The position numbers and the translations under genes were made by a program. Below are positions 61,298-64,000 of a stretch of DNA of 64,000 bases, piece by piece. The notes beneath the pieces were generated by a model. The model saw nothing but the letters and a program-made list of their open reading frames with translations, was not told where the DNA came from and did no database searches. This DNA is from Candidatus Multivorans sp. (GTDB lineage: Bacteria > Acidobacteriota > Thermoanaerobaculia > Multivoradales > Multivoraceae). Each line of letters starts with the position of its first letter. Position 1 is the stretch's first letter. The stretch is taken from assembly GCA_965224025.1 (NCBI GenBank), contig OZ245033.1, forward strand, positions 1,056,001 to 1,120,000. The letters run 5' to 3'.

Positions 61298-63949
61298 GTG
61301 ACCAAGGGCGAACCCCCCATCGTCGCGCCCCCGCCGGAATCGCCGCCGGAGGGCAGGGCGCCGGGCCACGAGACGATACCGGTCCAGCTCGAGCGCGAGA
61401 TGCGCCGGAGCTACCTCGATTACGCGATGAGCGTGATCATCGGCCGCGCGCTGCCCGATGTCCGCGACGGCTTGAAGCCGGTTCACCGGCGTGTGCTCTA
61501 CGGCATGTGGGAGGCCGGCAACACCGCCGGGCGCGCGTACAAGAAGTCGGCGCGCATCGTCGGCGACGTGATGGGAAAGTACCACCCTCACGGCGACGGC
61601 CCCATCTACGACACGGTGGTGCGTCTGGCGCAGGACTTCTCCATGCGCTATCCCCTCGTCGATGGCCAGGGCAACTTCGGGTCGATCGACGGCGACAACC
61701 CGGCCGCGATGCGCTACACGGAGGTGCGCCTGACGCGGATCGCCGAGGAGATGCTGCGCGAGGACATCAACAAGGATACCGTCGACTGGGTACCGAACTA
61801 CGACGGTTCGGAACAGGAGCCGTCGCCTCTCCCGGCGCGAATTCCGAACCTTCTGGTCAACGGTTCGGCCGGTATCGCGGTCGGCATGGCAACCAACATT
61901 CCGCCGCACAACCTCGGCGAAGCGATCGCGGCGGTCAAGCTGCTGATCGACCGTCCGCGGGCGTCGCTGGACGAGCTGATGGACCTCGTCCCCGGGCCGG
62001 ACTTCCCGACCGGAGGGTTCATCCACGGCCGCGCGGGCATCCGCAGCGCCTATGAGACCGGCCGCGGCTCGATCCAGGTGCGCGCCAGGGCGGAGATCGA
62101 GGACAAGGGCTCGGACCGCCAGTCGATCATCGTCTCCGAGATTCCCTACCAGGTGAACAAGGCGCGGCTGATCGAACGGATCGCGGAACTGGTACGCGAG
62201 AAGAAGCTGGAGGGCATCCGCGATCTGCGCGACGAGTCGGATCGCGACGGCATCCGCATCGTGGTCGACCTGAAGCGGGGCGAAGTGGCGGAGGTCATCC
62301 TGAACACCCTCTACAAGATGACCAGGCTCCAGGTCAGCTACGGCATGAACATGCTCGCGATCGTCGACAACCAGCCGCAGGTGCTGACCCTGCGCGACCT
62401 GCTGAGCCGCTTCCTGGACCATCGCCGCACGGTCGTCGTCCGGCGCTGCCGCTACGAGCTGGCCCGGGCGGAACAGCGCGCCCATGTGCTCGAGGGCCTG
62501 CTCATCGCCCTCGATCATCTGGACGAGGTGATCGCCGCGATCCGCGCCAGCCGTACGCCGCCGGAGGCCCGGACGCGGCTTACCCTGGACTTCGCCCTGA
62601 CCGAGCCCCAGGCGCAGGCGATCCTCGACATGCGTCTGCAGCGGTTGACCGGACTCGAGCGCGAGAAGATCCAGGAGGAGTACGGCGAACTGATCGCCGA
62701 GATCGGCCGGCTGCGCGCCATTCTGGGATCGGACGCGCTGTTGCTGGCCGAGATCCGAGGCGAGCTCGACGCGATCGAAAAGCGCTACGGCGATCCGCGC
62801 CGCACCGAGATCATGGCCCACTCCTCGGACATCACGATCGAGGACATGATCGCCGACGAGGACATGGTCATCACGGTGACGCGGTCGGGCTACGTCAAGC
62901 GCTCGCCGCTCAGCCTGTACCGGGCCCAGCACCGCGGCGGCAAGGGCCGAACCGGCATGGCGACGAGGGATGGCGACTTCGTCGAGCAGCTCTACGTCGC
63001 TTCCGCCCACAGCTATGTCCTCGTGTTCACCGACCGGGGCCACTGCTACTGGCTCAAGGTGCACCAGATTCCTCAGATGGGTCCGGCGGCGCGGGGCAAG
63101 GCGATCGTCAATCTGCTGCGGCTCGACAGCGGCGAGACGGTCGCCGCCACGGCCGCGGTGCGCGAGTTCCCGGAAGACCGGTTCCTGACCTTCGCCACCG
63201 AGGCCGGCGTGGTGAAGAAGACGGCCCTGTCCCACTACTCGCGCCCCCGCCCCAGTGGCATCATCGCGGTCCGGATCGACGAGGGCGACCGGCTGTTGAC
63301 GGTCAAGGTCACCGACGGCGGCAGCGACCTGGTGCTGGCGACGCGGATGGGCTACTCGGTCCGGTTCCCCGAGAGCGGCCTGCGCTCCCTGAGCCGGGCG
63401 ACCCGGGGCGTGCGCGGGATCAGCCTGCGCCGCGGCGATCGGGTCGTCTCGATGGAGTGCCTGCTGCCGCGCGCGGCGCCCGACGAACCCGGGCGGCGCG
63501 AATCCGCGCCACCCGCCAACCAGTCCGAGCGCTCGTCATCGAGCGCTCGGATGGAACCGCAGCCGCCGGAGACGACGCTGCTGACGGTCAGCGAGAACGG
63601 CTTCGGCAAGCGGACCGCACTCGGCGAGTACCGCCGCCAGTCGAAGGGAGGCCTCGGGATCATCAACCTCAAGGTCTCCGGTCGAACCGGAGCCGTGGTC
63701 GGCGTCCGGGAGGTCACGGACGACACCGGCCTGATGCTGATCACCCACGAGGGGAAGATCATCCGCATCACCGCGGGCAGCGTGTCCCGGATCGGACGCG
63801 CCACCCAAGGCGTCAAGGTCATGGACATGGGCGACGGCGACCGGATCGTCGCCCTGGCCCGGATCCCGGATCGCGGCGAAGAGGACGGCGCCTCCGCGGA
63901 CGACGAAGCCCCGGAAGCTGCAGCCGACGATGCTGAACCGATCAACTAG
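61298..63949 (+). CDS. gyrA: DNA gyrase subunit A
   Basis: [26 protein letters not shown], GyrA-box QHRGGKG. Confidence 0.98.
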   Translation: MTKGEPPIVAPPPESPPEGRAPGHETIPVQLEREMRRSYLDYAMSVIIGRALPDVRDGLKPVHRRVLYGMWEAGNTAGRAYKKSARIVGDVMGKYHPHGDGPIYDTVVRLAQDFSMRYPLVDGQGNFGSIDGDNPAAMRYTEVRLTRIAEEMLREDINKDTVDWVPNYDGSEQEPSPLPARIPNLLVNGSAGIAVGMATNIPPHNLGEAIAAVKLLIDRPRASLDELMDLVPGPDFPTGGFIHGRAGIRSAYETGRGSIQVRARAEIEDKGSDRQSIIVSEIPYQVNKARLIERIAELVREKKLEGIRDLRDESDRDGIRIVVDLKRGEVAEVILNTLYKMTRLQVSYGMNMLAIVDNQPQVLTLRDLLSRFLDHRRTVVVRRCRYELARAEQRAHVLEGLLIALDHLDEVIAAIRASRTPPEARTRLTLDFALTEPQAQAILDMRLQRLTGLEREKIQEEYGELIAEIGRLRAILGSDALLLAEIRGELDAIEKRYGDPRRTEIMAHSSDITIEDMIADEDMVITVTRSGYVKRSPLSLYRAQHRGGKGRTGMATRDGDFVEQLYVASAHSYVLVFTDRGHCYWLKVHQIPQMGPAARGKAIVNLLRLDSGETVAATAAVREFPEDRFLTFATEAGVVKKTALSHYSRPRPSGIIAVRIDEGDRLLTVKVTDGGSDLVLATRMGYSVRFPESGLRSLSRATRGVRGISLRRGDRVVSMECLLPRAAPDEPGRRESAPPANQSERSSSSARMEPQPPETTLLTVSENGFGKRTALGEYRRQSKGGLGIINLKVSGRTGAVVGVREVTDDTGLMLITHEGKIIRITAGSVSRIGRATQGVKVMDMGDGDRIVALARIPDRGEEDGASADDEAPEAAADDAEPIN

Positions 63950-63968
63950 CGCTTAGAGGGCCTCGGGC

Positions 63969-64000
63969 ATGAAGTTCTTTCTCGACACCGCGGACACAGG
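63969..64000 (+). CDS. Transaldolase / fructose-6-phosphate aldolase (5' fragment)
   Basis: MKFFLDTAD at the window edge. Confidence 0.75.
   Translation, partial: MKFFLDTADT

Overview
High-GC bacterial chromosomal window spanning the replication-origin region. The gene repertoire (Oar-type TonB receptors, bshAC, tandem lepB, parAB-bactofilin, DnaA HTH 'KHHSTV') suggests Acidobacteriota; this is inference. Core genes include dnaX, SRP RNA, tadA, tRNA-Ser x2, rpmH-rnpA-yidD-yidC-jag-rsmG-parAB with two parS sites, pyrK/D/F, lepB x2, mtnA, dusB, bshC/bshA, secG-tpiA-pgk, tsaD, thiG, mutY and dnaA-dnaN-gyrB-gyrA. An accessory zone (~18-37 kb) holds two complete, diverged tmRNA genes, each followed by a different TonB-dependent receptor. 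It also holds a Sir2-HerA defence operon with a coupled third KTSC-domain gene, a single-chain type IIG-like R-M gene behind an uncharacterised small-protein/membrane-protein pair, and a Phd-VapC TA module. The most unusual signal is a dispersed ~192-bp intergenic element (four full copies and one partial). It has fixed length, conserved ends and a long terminal stem that covaries between copies, and copies bracket the Sir2-HerA-KTSC operon and an aminotransferase gene. Two frameshifts (DUF2332 gene, herA) both lie at GGG runs and may be sequencing errors.
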